Positions 28,473-37,603 are shown, numbered from the stretch's first letter. The stretch: 64,000 nucleotides of DNA from a virus (IMGVR_UViG_2756170264_000002:1506-65505); one strand, 5' to 3'. Notes: a model not told the origin generated them from the letters alone. Made by a program: numbers and translations.

Positions 28473-28501
28473 TTTACAAACTGAATTAATAATGTTATAA
28501 T
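28473..28501 (+). promoter_or_regulatory. Sigma-A-type promoter
   Basis: TTTACA-N17-TATAAT with extended TG. Confidence 0.8.
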
Positions 28502-28530
28502 CATATTTATTAACAAAGGAGGCAAAGTAA

Positions 28531-28626
28531 ATGGAAGCGCTGATTATTACAGCTAGTATCGTAAGTATTATCTTTGTTTTTAATTTATTTTATAAGGTTA
28601 GCTTCATAATTAAGAGCAGACGGTAA
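28531..28626 (+). CDS. 31-aa hydrophobic peptide (type I toxin-like)
   Basis: AAAGGAGG RBS; MEALIITASIVSIIFVFNLFYKVSFIIKSRR. Confidence 0.7.
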   Translation: MEALIITASIVSIIFVFNLFYKVSFIIKSRR

Positions 28627-28900
28627 TAAAGTAATTTAACTTTATTAATTAATGTTGGTATGTGGATGTTATACGGCATCCACTATACCACTTCAAATAG
28701 ATAGAAATATAAAATAGAAGTAAGATATATTATTTTTAAAATGAAAGTAAAGTGAAAAGTAATATAAAATAACAAACTGAATTTGGAGTCTCATTTGAGG
28801 CTCTTTTTTCTTGCTTAATAGGAAATATTTACGATTTTTTTATAAATATGATATAATTTTATAATGTTAAATAATTTATAGTAAGTGAGAGGTTATTAAT

Positions 28901-29373
28901 ATGGTATTAAAAGATTTTATTAAAGAGGAACAAAATGGTGCAATTTTTTGTAAAATTGGAAAGAGTTCTTTAAAAATGCGGGGAAAAGGCGGATATCTTC
29001 CATACAGGGAATACTAGGTAAAGTAGTTATTTTGGATGAAGGAATTATTACTTTTGAAACGCTAGAAGAAGTTGTAAAGTATCTTCATTATGGAGATGAT
29101 TTAGTCCTCTTTAATTTTTTTAAAGGTAAGGAGTTACTACCAGAAGAAGGATACGAAAATAACAGGTTAAATACAGGATGTTATGATACAAAGGCTATTT
29201 TTGTAGAAAATGTTTTATCTTTTAACGATGCTAGTACAGTTGACTTTATTTATTTAAACACAAGAGATATAAATACATTTATAGAATATCGCAATTTAGC
29301 AACAAGTCATCTAGAGGATAGGAATCTATTTGAGGCAGCAAAAAGATGGAATACTTTAGCATTTAGAGAGTAG
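28901..29373 (+). pseudogene. Hypothetical gene apparently split by a frameshift near 28951-28956
   Basis: ATG 28901 with GAGG RBS; long downstream frame opens after TAA 28953 with no good start. Confidence 0.4.
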
Positions 29374-29626
29374 GCGTAAAATGACAAGTTATTTTGATAG
29401 ATTATATCATTGTCATAAGGTGGATAAGTCAATAAATATTATGGAAGAGTATGAATTAATTGATGGCAAAAAACATTAAATAGGAGTCAATGACCGATAT
29501 ATTATGATACTGAAAGGGGAAGGAAATGTAACGGATTAAATGATCATGGATTTAAGGGTGGATATGCCCATTATACATATGTACTAACAGCTCTGACAAA
29601 TAAGATAGAACAATGAGGGAGGAAAT

Positions 29627-30706
29627 ATGAAGCAAAAAAAATTATTATGGGATTTATTAAGCGTAGGAAAACAAATAAAAGGTAAGGGAACTAAATTATT
29701 TATACCGTTTTTAATCACTTTACTTATCACTGGATGTTCGGAATCAACTAACCATAATGCGATACAGACTAATGAAGTTGAACAAATACAGGAATTAGAA
29801 GAATCAAGTACTGATGTTGAAAAGGTAATTCAAGAGGTTCAGCCAGAAGAGCCAACCGATACAAATTCCGAGAAACAGACAGATCAACAGGATTTAAGCA
29901 CAAGGGAATATAATGGTGATACATATACAATTATAGAGGTTGATGGCGGCGATTTGTCTGGCGATAGACTGAGCAATGTTGCGGTAGATATTGGTTTTGG
30001 AGATAGAGAGTATTGGGCGTATACGAATGAGTATGGACAACTTACTAATATAGTAGCGGATAAAATATTATTGCAGGATGATGAGACTGAACAGGTAAAT
30101 TCTGATGGCCGCTATTATAATGATGAAGCAAAAGTCCCTGGAACAGAAGCAACCGACCTGGATGAGGGACATGTAATTGCGGATAGCCTTGGCGGCGTTT
30201 CTAATGCATATAATATTACTCCTCAAAACAGTACCTTGAATCGTCACGGTGATCAGGCTTATATGGAAAAGGTAATCAGGGATGCTGGTGGATGTGAAAA
30301 CTTCGTTGCTACGATTACATATCCTGATACCGAAACACAGATTCCGTCACACTACAATTACACATATGTCCTGAATGGAGAAACCATCACAGATGATTTT
30401 GACAATGTTAATCCTGATGAAATAAATGCAAAGGTAGATGACAATAGTTCTTCTGTTGCAGCAACATCTAATTCAGCAGTGGCAAATAACTCCACTTCTA
30501 ATCAAGATTCGGAAGTTGTTGAGCAAGTAGAAGAGGCAGCAGCTAGTTCAGACGAAACAAGTATTGAAGTACATATAACGAATACTGGAAAGAAATATCA
30601 TAGTGCTGGGTGTCAGTATTTAAGTAAAAGTGATATTATTACAACCTTGGACAAGGCAAAAGCAAGTGGGTTGGAGCCTTGCAGTAAGTGCAATCCGCCA
30701 CAGTAA
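29627..30706 (+). CDS. Lipoprotein DNA/RNA non-specific (His-Me finger) endonuclease with C-terminal Cys/His metal-binding domain
   Basis: LLITGC lipobox; DEGHVIADSLGG...NITPQNSTLN; TNTGKKYH..GC..CSKC. Confidence 0.85.
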   Translation: MKQKKLLWDLLSVGKQIKGKGTKLFIPFLITLLITGCSESTNHNAIQTNEVEQIQELEESSTDVEKVIQEVQPEEPTDTNSEKQTDQQDLSTREYNGDTYTIIEVDGGDLSGDRLSNVAVDIGFGDREYWAYTNEYGQLTNIVADKILLQDDETEQVNSDGRYYNDEAKVPGTEATDLDEGHVIADSLGGVSNAYNITPQNSTLNRHGDQAYMEKVIRDAGGCENFVATITYPDTETQIPSHYNYTYVLNGETITDDFDNVNPDEINAKVDDNSSSVAATSNSAVANNSTSNQDSEVVEQVEEAAASSDETSIEVHITNTGKKYHSAGCQYLSKSDIITTLDKAKASGLEPCSKCNPPQ

Positions 30707-30765
30707 ATTTAAACAAAATATATTAGCGATAAAATACATTATATTTATTTTGCAAAGGAGAATAT

Positions 30766-31947
30766 ATGGTAAATGAAAACAGAAATAATGAAATAATTAA
30801 TTCGAATGAAAAAACAATAAAAACTTATAATTATAAAGAAATTTATAAAATTATAGTGGATTTTTCTTCAAATTATGTCGGTAAAGCTGTTCTAACGGGT
30901 GTGTTTTTATTTGCTGCATATTTATTTTATCAGTTGGGATATAGTTTTTTATATGGTTATTATTTTGGAGGAGAAGAAGCAGCTCCTATATTTACACTAA
31001 TCAATCAAATTCCATTTGATTTTAAATATATTGTAATAATTGGAATTGGAATATCAGGAATACTAAGTCTTTTTTTTATAGTAGCATATATGATTGTAAG
31101 TGATAATAACAATCTTTGTACTAAAATTTTTTATGCTATAATTAACTGTTTCATGTACTTACTAATAACTGAGTTAATAAATATTATTGTAGGTGGTTTA
31201 AATCTCAGTAATTATACTAAATTATTATATCAATTATTTTCTATGTTGTATATTTTCCTAGGATTCATCAAATGCAATATAATTTTTATTAAGAAGCTTC
31301 TTTTAGGAACGTTTTTTTCATTCTGTTATTTATTTAGTTTAATTGCATTAGTAATATTTTCATCTATGATTTCAATAGAATTTAATAGTTACTATGGAGC
31401 AATATTTCTTTTTATACTTTATATAGCTGGAATAGCCCTCATATATATTTTTTCAAATATAAAAATATTTATTGCATCTTCCTTGGTTGTTATTATAGTA
31501 AGCTATATTATATATGACAAGTACAATAATTTTAATAGTTTAACAATAAGTGCTATTTTTTTTGTGGTTTTATCTTTAATGGGAATACAAAAGGTATCTA
31601 ATATTATAGAATCTAGAAAAAATGTTAAGAAATATGAAAAGAAATTTAAAAAAATAAAAAAAAATAAAATTATGATAAAGAATAAAACAATAAAAATAAT
31701 GTTATTTCCTACTTTTATACTTTGTTTTACGATGTTATATTTTTTATTATATGTAGCATTTTATGATTTTGGTAATTATTTTGGTATGACAAGTAAATTA
31801 AAATGCTACAAAATAAACTATATGAATTCAGAAAGTAAATCTATAAATGGATTAGTTGTAAAACAAGTTGGCACAACTTATTATATATCAGAAGAAGGAA
31901 GAAAACTTGTTATTATAACATCAAATCAATTATTAGTTACACATTAA
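30766..31947 (+). CDS. Polytopic membrane protein, unknown
   Basis: About 10 hydrophobic segments; very AT-rich. Confidence 0.75.
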   Translation: MVNENRNNEIINSNEKTIKTYNYKEIYKIIVDFSSNYVGKAVLTGVFLFAAYLFYQLGYSFLYGYYFGGEEAAPIFTLINQIPFDFKYIVIIGIGISGILSLFFIVAYMIVSDNNNLCTKIFYAIINCFMYLLITELINIIVGGLNLSNYTKLLYQLFSMLYIFLGFIKCNIIFIKKLLLGTFFSFCYLFSLIALVIFSSMISIEFNSYYGAIFLFILYIAGIALIYIFSNIKIFIASSLVVIIVSYIIYDKYNNFNSLTISAIFFVVLSLMGIQKVSNIIESRKNVKKYEKKFKKIKKNKIMIKNKTIKIMLFPTFILCFTMLYFLLYVAFYDFGNYFGMTSKLKCYKINYMNSESKSINGLVVKQVGTTYYISEEGRKLVIITSNQLLVTH

Positions 31948-31998
31948 GTAATTATATGGATGATCGGGATGGAGATGGAATGATAGGAGAGTGATGTT

Positions 31999-32709
31999 AT
32001 GGCTAAGAAATTAAAAGAAATTACTTTGAATAATATTAAAATAGCATTATTACAATTATTTTGCAAAAAGAATAGAGCAAAGATTAAATATTTACCACTG
32101 ATTTTGGTAATCATTATTGCTTTGATTTTTCCCATTATGCTAGAATTTTTGGTAATTTATAATAATATTCCATCGTCATTTAATAATTCTGAGTGGTTTG
32201 TTTTTTGGAGCGGGTATATTGGTTCTATAATAACAATATTAACTTTCTATATTACTATTAGGCTTGAGAGTAAAAAATCAAGGCTACAACTAAGTAAGCA
32301 ATATGAAAACAGCAGAATTGAGAAAGAGATAGAGCGCGCAACTAAGGTCAAAAATATAATATTGCTAGATAAATATCGTTTTAATTTTAGCAACAAAAAC
32401 GATATGGTTGACGAATATAAAAGTTTTTCCCGTGATTTTCTTGATATTGAATCAGATTTAAAAAAAATGGCATGGATTAATGAAGCTACATCTCATAAAA
32501 ACGAATTCTTCAAAAGATTAAATTTAATTGCTAAATATGAAAGATTCACATTGTTAGAAAGACTTGCTAATACAAATGAAGAATTTATTGATGGTGTTTT
32601 AAAAGATATTAAAGAACTATCAAGATTATCTAATAATAACAGGAATGAATTAAATGATTTATATGATAATTACATTGATGAAATGATGAAAAAAATATAT
32701 GATATATAA
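31999..32709 (+). CDS. Membrane-anchored hypothetical protein
   Basis: Two hydrophobic segments then charged helical region; AGGAG RBS. Confidence 0.7.
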   Translation: MAKKLKEITLNNIKIALLQLFCKKNRAKIKYLPLILVIIIALIFPIMLEFLVIYNNIPSSFNNSEWFVFWSGYIGSIITILTFYITIRLESKKSRLQLSKQYENSRIEKEIERATKVKNIILLDKYRFNFSNKNDMVDEYKSFSRDFLDIESDLKKMAWINEATSHKNEFFKRLNLIAKYERFTLLERLANTNEEFIDGVLKDIKELSRLSNNNRNELNDLYDNYIDEMMKKIYDI

Positions 32710-32726
32710 CATATATTTAGTATCAT

Positions 32727-32996
32727 ATGTACGAAAGGGAAAGTATGAGCCGAAAAATTGAAGATATCGAAAAAATGAGTTTGCAAGAAGTAGCTGAAAA
32801 TTATAATGATGTAGCTAGGTACACGGCAGAAGCATTATCAACTTGGCAACAAATATATTTTATTAAAAAACAAGAACAAATAAATGAACAGGCACAGAAA
32901 ATTAATAATCAAATGTTGTTATATACAAAGACTATGACTATATTAACTATAGTGGTTGTAATTGCTACAATTGCTAGCTTATTGATTAGGTATTAA
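32727..32996 (+). CDS. Hypothetical protein with C-terminal TM
   Basis: ORF; start likely ATG 32745. Confidence 0.6.
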   Translation: MYERESMSRKIEDIEKMSLQEVAENYNDVARYTAEALSTWQQIYFIKKQEQINEQAQKINNQMLLYTKTMTILTIVVVIATIASLLIRY

Positions 32997-33048
32997 GATA
33001 AGAGTTAATGCAATTAAATAATCATTTTAGAATAGGGAGGTAAAATAG

Positions 33049-33252
33049 ATGTGGGATCCAACTACAATTTTTTGGACAATTATTGGTGCGTTTATAGGTT
33101 TTGTTTTAGGCTTAATTGTAACAATATTTTTACGAATAAGAGATAATAATTTTGATAAAATTGATTATATGAAAGCTATAAATGATTATGCAAATAAAGT
33201 ATTTAACGAATTAATGACTAAATCAATTGAAAAGAAAAGAATGATAGGGTAA
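33049..33252 (+). CDS. Small single-TM protein
   Basis: GGGAGG RBS; hydrophobic N-terminus. Confidence 0.6.
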   Translation: MWDPTTIFWTIIGAFIGFVLGLIVTIFLRIRDNNFDKIDYMKAINDYANKVFNELMTKSIEKKRMIG

Positions 33253-33377
33253 ATAGCGTTAGACGCATAAAAGATGCTACTTATAATTTTCCTTCCAAAA
33301 GTGAAAGAATTAAGCTAAGCAAATGCCAGGGTATTATAATAACAGAAATAAATAATCATAGAAAAGACATAATAAAT

Positions 33378-33617
33378 TTGCTTGACAAATATCTAATATT
33401 AGATGATAGTATAAATATTTTAGTTAGAAATGGAGAAGATAGAAGAAAGTTTATTGAAAAGGAAAAAGAACAAATAACCATATATAAGCAAATTATATCT
33501 GAATCAATAAAGTGGTGTAAATTAAAAGACAAAACTAATATTCCTCCAAAACGAACATATAAGTTTTATTTAAATAAATTTAAGCGCTTGTTTAGAAAAA
33601 AGAAAAGGCAGCCATAA
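33378..33617 (+). CDS. Hypothetical protein (may be the 3' part of preceding gene)
   Basis: ORF without clear RBS. Confidence 0.35.
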   Translation: MLDKYLILDDSINILVRNGEDRRKFIEKEKEQITIYKQIISESIKWCKLKDKTNIPPKRTYKFYLNKFKRLFRKKKRQP

Positions 33618-33623
33618 GCTACC

Positions 33624-33809
33624 TTAATCCCTGCATAATTCATCAAGTGTAACGTGCAAGGCATCCGCCAGTTTTAAAGCGGTATCAACCTTGCAATTAT
33701 TATTTTTCTCTATGTCTTGGATCGTGCGTCTTGGTACTCCACTTAATTCGACTAGTTGAGGTACAGAAAGCCCCTTGCTAGTCCTTATTTCTTTTAATTT
33801 CACGTCCAT
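33624..33809 (-). CDS. XRE-family HTH protein
   Basis: KLKEIRTSKGLSVPQLVELSGVPRRTIQDIE; GGAGGT RBS. Confidence 0.85.
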   Translation of the reverse strand: MDVKLKEIRTSKGLSVPQLVELSGVPRRTIQDIEKNNNCKVDTALKLADALHVTLDELCRD

Positions 33810-33954
33810 ACCTCCATAGTTTAGGAATAACATCAATTAGCATAAAAATTGACGCTAGAATGGCAAATACGCAGGAGTAAACAGTCCAGTCAGTAGTAAT
33901 CGCCAGTATCAAAGCAAATATTAAAAATAGTGTTTCAAACGATAGTTTTTTCAT
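33778..33954 (-). CDS. Small two-TM membrane protein
   Basis: MKKLSFETLFLIFALILAITTDWTVYSCVFAILASIFMLIDVI. Confidence 0.65.
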   Translation of the reverse strand: MKKLSFETLFLIFALILAITTDWTVYSCVFAILASIFMLIDVIPKLWRYGREIKRNKD

Positions 33955-34017
33955 TTTACAATTTAAATCCAATGTGGTAATATTATTTTAGGTAGGGGAG
34001 ATTTCTCTCCCCTGTGA

Positions 34018-34133
34018 CTATTTGAAAGCTTTTACTAACTCTGCGATTGCAGTAATTAAAGCGGCGGTGGCGACCATGGCTTTAATGATAAAGTTGATAG
34101 CTTTTCTTTTTTCCTCTTTTGTTTCTTACCCAC
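34018..34133 (-). pseudogene. Small basic-hydrophobic peptide gene with 1-nt deletion in an A-run
   Basis: GAAAGGAG RBS, GTG start; adding one A gives MGKKQKRKKEKAINFIIKAMVATAALITAIAELVKAFK; 8-bp hairpin 33994-34013 after stop. Confidence 0.6.
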
Positions 34134-34164
34134 TGGATTGTTCTCCTTTCTTTAAGATAAGTTA

Positions 34165-34193
34165 ATTATATCACTTTTAAAAGTTACAGTCAA
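34165..34193 (-). promoter_or_regulatory. Promoter of peptide cassette with operator in spacer
   Basis: TTGACT-N17-TATAAT on minus strand; ATCACT-N6-AGTTAC at 34170-34187. Confidence 0.75.
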
Positions 34194-34196
34194 GTA

Positions 34197-34439
34197 TTAA
34201 TTGAAATATTTAAAGAGTTCTTCTCTTTCTTTTTCATCTTCCTCGTATACAATTAAATCCTTCGGTTGTAAATCCAAAATAGCGCAAATTCTGTTTATAG
34301 TTTCAAGTGATATATTTGTATCTTCATTTTTAATTTTCTTTAAAGTATCTTGGCTTAGTATCTTTGTTCTTTTTGCAATGTACATATTTATCCCTGCACG
34401 TTCCAAAGCATCAGCGACATTTATTTTATATTTTATCAT
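34197..34439 (-). CDS. Cro/C1-type HTH regulator (HTH_26-like)
   Basis: LSQDTLKKIKNE...ISLETINRICAILDLQPKDLI. Confidence 0.85.
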   Translation of the reverse strand: MIKYKINVADALERAGINMYIAKRTKILSQDTLKKIKNEDTNISLETINRICAILDLQPKDLIVYEEDEKEREELFKYFN

Positions 34440-34507
34440 TGTTCAAGCCTCCTATTGATTTCATCTAAATACAACATACTACACATATAAAAACAAGTCA
34501 ATAAAAT

Positions 34508-34557
34508 ATCACTAAAAAAAGTTATAAATAGTATTGACAATCACTTTTTAAAGTGAT
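34508..34557. promoter_or_regulatory. Two ATCACT-N6-AGT(G/T)AT operators in divergent promoter region
   Basis: ATCACTAAAAAAAGTTAT (34508-34525) and ATCACTTTTTAAAGTGAT (34540-34557) next to TTGACA 34534-34539. Confidence 0.7.
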
Positions 34558-34598
34558 AATATAAGTATAACAAATAAAGAAATCGGAGGTAAGTAGAA

Positions 34599-34847
34599 AT
34601 GAAAAAGACAAAGAATATAAAAGTTGAATGGTGCGAGAATTTTATAAAATCAACATTTGGAAAAATTCCAAAGTTCGCAAAAGGAATTGAAACAAATTGT
34701 TTCTTTGAAATGGCTGAAAAATCGGGTCTTTACATAAAAGGAACTTACGGCAGTTCAATGTCGAAAGCACTTGAAAATATTGCAGAGGTAAAAATAGTTC
34801 AAGATGATAACGGGAATTATATGTATTCCACGTTCTACATGAAATAG
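34599..34847 (+). CDS. Hypothetical protein
   Basis: GGAGGT RBS. Confidence 0.7.
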   Translation: MKKTKNIKVEWCENFIKSTFGKIPKFAKGIETNCFFEMAEKSGLYIKGTYGSSMSKALENIAEVKIVQDDNGNYMYSTFYMK

Positions 34848-34853
34848 AGAAGA

Positions 34854-34916
34854 GTCGAAACACTCTTATGAGCGTCAGCCGAGGACTAGCCGCCCGGCTC
34901 TGATGAAGATAGGCTA
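34854..34916 (+). ncRNA. Type II hammerhead ribozyme with pseudoknot
   Basis: GTC-GAAA-C[aCTCttatGAGc]G-TC cleavage triplet (C34876); stem I AGCCG/CGGCT; CTGATGA 34900-34906; stem II GAT/GTC; loop I TAGCC pairs with 3' GGCTA. Confidence 0.85.
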
Positions 34917-35018
34917 AATAATAAAAGCTGATCACACCGCTACCAACGAACATGACCAGCACCCAAATAAGAAAGGCAAGGCTATTATATAATAGATAGC
35001 TGAAAAAGGTAAAGGATT

Positions 35019-35234
35019 ATGGAAAATAAAGTATATGATGATTTTGAGGGAACTAAGAAAGAGCTACACAAAATTGTAGACTACATAGCTTTTGACTGTA
35101 GCGTTGGTATTTGGGGAAAAGTTGATTTTGCAGTTGATAAAAAAGAATTTACTAAGATATTATGTGAGGCATTAACAAGAAATGTGGTTGTAAGCGAAAT
35201 CGTTGATATGATGAATCATGTTTACAATGAATAA
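35019..35234 (+). CDS. Hypothetical protein
   Basis: AAGGA RBS; terminator-like hairpin follows. Confidence 0.65.
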   Translation: MENKVYDDFEGTKKELHKIVDYIAFDCSVGIWGKVDFAVDKKEFTKILCEALTRNVVVSEIVDMMNHVYNE

Positions 35235-35399
35235 AAATTTTACTAAAGCGCTTAGAATTATTTCTAGGTGCTTTTTTAAGAAGAACATATTAATATTTAA
35301 AATGCTGGAAAGCCGCTGTTGACAATTAAATTTAAATATTGCACACTATAATTAACTTTGTATTAACAATAATATCATATAGGAAGGAATTAAATTACA

Positions 35400-35861
35400 A
35401 TGAGAAGAATTTATAAGGGATATACAGATATTAAAGAAGGACTATTTGAAGAAGGAATGCATTTTACAACAGATTATTTTGATACAATAGAAGAACTGAT
35501 TGAGGATGATGATAGGGTTGGGATATTTTTTGAAAGTCAAAATAAACTATTAAATGATGATACAGTTTTAGATCTGGAAAAAATTAAATTATTATCTGAT
35601 GAAAAGTTGCAGCAACTTCTTGATGAATACAATAAAGATAACGAATTGGGGAGGTATCATAAACTAACTAATATTGACAATACATGTTTACTTCTAACCA
35701 AAAGCGCTGAAGAAATTGAACGATATTTAAAAAGTTGCGGAATAAAAATTGAAGGAACAGGTTTTGATTTTACTATGAGAAGTGATAGAGTCTATTCACT
35801 TACGGATGAAGAAGATTTTAAGGTAAGGCAATACATAGAGAAGATGATAAAAAATGAATAA
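35400..35861 (+). CDS. Hypothetical acidic protein
   Basis: GGAAGG RBS; terminator-like hairpin follows. Confidence 0.7.
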   Translation: MRRIYKGYTDIKEGLFEEGMHFTTDYFDTIEELIEDDDRVGIFFESQNKLLNDDTVLDLEKIKLLSDEKLQQLLDEYNKDNELGRYHKLTNIDNTCLLLTKSAEEIERYLKSCGIKIEGTGFDFTMRSDRVYSLTDEEDFKVRQYIEKMIKNE

Positions 35862-36063
35862 TACTTAAAATTATCGTATTCATAATTGGATGCGGTATTT
35901 TTTTAGTTGTTCACCATATTCACTCATGAAAATAATTAATAAATATGGTGATATATAATTAGTAATTCTTATTAAATGAATAAAATAAATATTTTAAAAT
36001 ATAAATAAATTTATTGTAAATGGCAAGTATATACTTTATAATAAAATAGAGCGAGGTGATATC

Positions 36064-36270
36064 ATGGGAATGGCAGAAGAGATAAGAATTTTGTTGGTTA
36101 AAAATAGTAACATGTCTGTATCGGCATTGGCTAAATTATTAGAGACTACACCACAAAATTTAAATTATAAATTAAAATACGATGATTTCAGAGAATCAGA
36201 ATTACGGAAGATAGCTGATTTGTTAGGGTATGAACTTAAAATAGGGTTTGTAAAAAAGAAAGTGAGGTGA
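36064..36270 (+). CDS. XRE/LacI-like HTH protein
   Basis: MSVSALAKLLETTPQNLNYKLK..FRESELRKIADLLG. Confidence 0.8.
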   Translation: MGMAEEIRILLVKNSNMSVSALAKLLETTPQNLNYKLKYDDFRESELRKIADLLGYELKIGFVKKKVR

Positions 36271-36274
36271 TACC

Positions 36275-37204
36275 ATGGCAAATCCACAAAAAGAAAATGG
36301 ATATACTCCGGTTGCAAATGAGCTGCTAGAGCATGTTTATAAGTTGAAACTGAATGGTACGCAGTTTAAAATTATTTTAGCATTATGGCGGTATACATAC
36401 GGATTCAGCAGAAAAGAAGCCGAGATATCAGATTCTTTTATAGCTAAAGCAGTCAGTTCTACCAGACAGGTGATTAACAAAGAAATTAACAACTTAATAG
36501 ATTGTAACATGATTCAAGTAATAAGAGCATCAACTTTTACTAGTCCACGTACTTTGAAATTTAATAAAAATTACAATGAGTGGAGTGTAGATGTATTAGA
36601 CGCATGCAAAACGATAACAGGCATGCAATTAGATGCATGTACAGGCACGCAATCACATGCATGTAGTAGCATGCAATTAGATGCATGTACAGGCACGCAA
36701 TCACATGCACAAGATAAACAAGATATAAAACAAGATATAAAACAAAATATATATTGTGTTTTTGCAGGAAAGGATGATGAAAAAATGGAAATGAAGCGAT
36801 ACAATCCAAATCACGAAGATGATTATGATAAGACTCAAATTGGATGGTGGAAATTTTATCGTTACTTTGAGGATGAAGAGCTGAACGATTTATTTATAAA
36901 GTTGCTTGATATGACAGAGGAACAGAGCAACGGTTTTGTTGACGGAATTGGTGAAGTGTATGCTATGATTGAAGCTAATACAGTAAATGAAAAATACGAC
37001 CTTGGAGAAGTTTTGGATATGTCTGACGAGGAATTTAGAAAATTAGATGTTGAAAAGCAAGTAGCATTTAATAATATGCCAGTAATTGAAGATAATACAG
37101 TCGAACTAAAGAATATTCTTAGAGAGGGTATTTATAAAAAAGATATTAAGATAATTAATAAATATCTGGGGATTGACAATCTTGTAAGTACTGTTGTATT
37201 ATAA
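36275..37204 (+). CDS. Second replication initiator, lambda O-like N-terminal domain
   Basis: MANPQKENGYTPVANELLE...QFKIILALWRYTYGFSRK...ISDSFIAK; internal DNA repeats. Confidence 0.8.
   Translation: MANPQKENGYTPVANELLEHVYKLKLNGTQFKIILALWRYTYGFSRKEAEISDSFIAKAVSSTRQVINKEINNLIDCNMIQVIRASTFTSPRTLKFNKNYNEWSVDVLDACKTITGMQLDACTGTQSHACSSMQLDACTGTQSHAQDKQDIKQDIKQNIYCVFAGKDDEKMEMKRYNPNHEDDYDKTQIGWWKFYRYFEDEELNDLFIKLLDMTEEQSNGFVDGIGEVYAMIEANTVNEKYDLGEVLDMSDEEFRKLDVEKQVAFNNMPVIEDNTVELKNILREGIYKKDIKIINKYLGIDNLVSTVVL
36621..36745. repeat. Iteron-like repeats inside O-like gene
   Basis: 41-bp perfect direct repeat at 36621-36661 and 36669-36709 (48-bp period, 24-bp sub-period) followed by AACAAGATATAA-type 12-mers. 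Confidence 0.85.
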
Positions 37205-37357
37205 AGACAATTAAATAAACTTTTTGAGACTATAAGGCTCAAACACGAACGAGGGAATACGGAGAATTACATAGCAAGATCAAGTGCTATATCCGGTTCG
37301 CTTTTTGCGTGTTTGGGTCTTTTTGTTGTTTGAAAATAGATTGTGAGGTGAGGAATT

Positions 37358-37603
37358 GTGCTAGAGGTAAAATCAGAAAACGGAATAGTTGAAATTATGC
37401 AGATGGACGGAAGAGAAAAGACAATTGTAGCGGATGTTGGAGCGATAGCAAATAAAGTTCTTCTCTTGGCTGCTAACGAGGGTTCAAAGACGAAAGAGGA
37501 AGTATACATCCGCTACGGAGTATTAGCAAGACAGCTTGTAAATTACATAGATAAGACAGTAAATAACATTGATAAATTAGGAGGAAAGCAAGATGCAGAA
37601 TAA
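37358..37603 (+). CDS. Hypothetical protein
   Basis: GAGG RBS, GTG start. Confidence 0.6.
   Translation: MLEVKSENGIVEIMQMDGREKTIVADVGAIANKVLLLAANEGSKTKEEVYIRYGVLARQLVNYIDKTVNNIDKLGGKQDAE

Noticed and set aside
36621-36709. Direct repeats as CRISPR
   Set aside because: Only two adjacent copies with a 7-bp gap, in-frame inside a CDS, no cas genes
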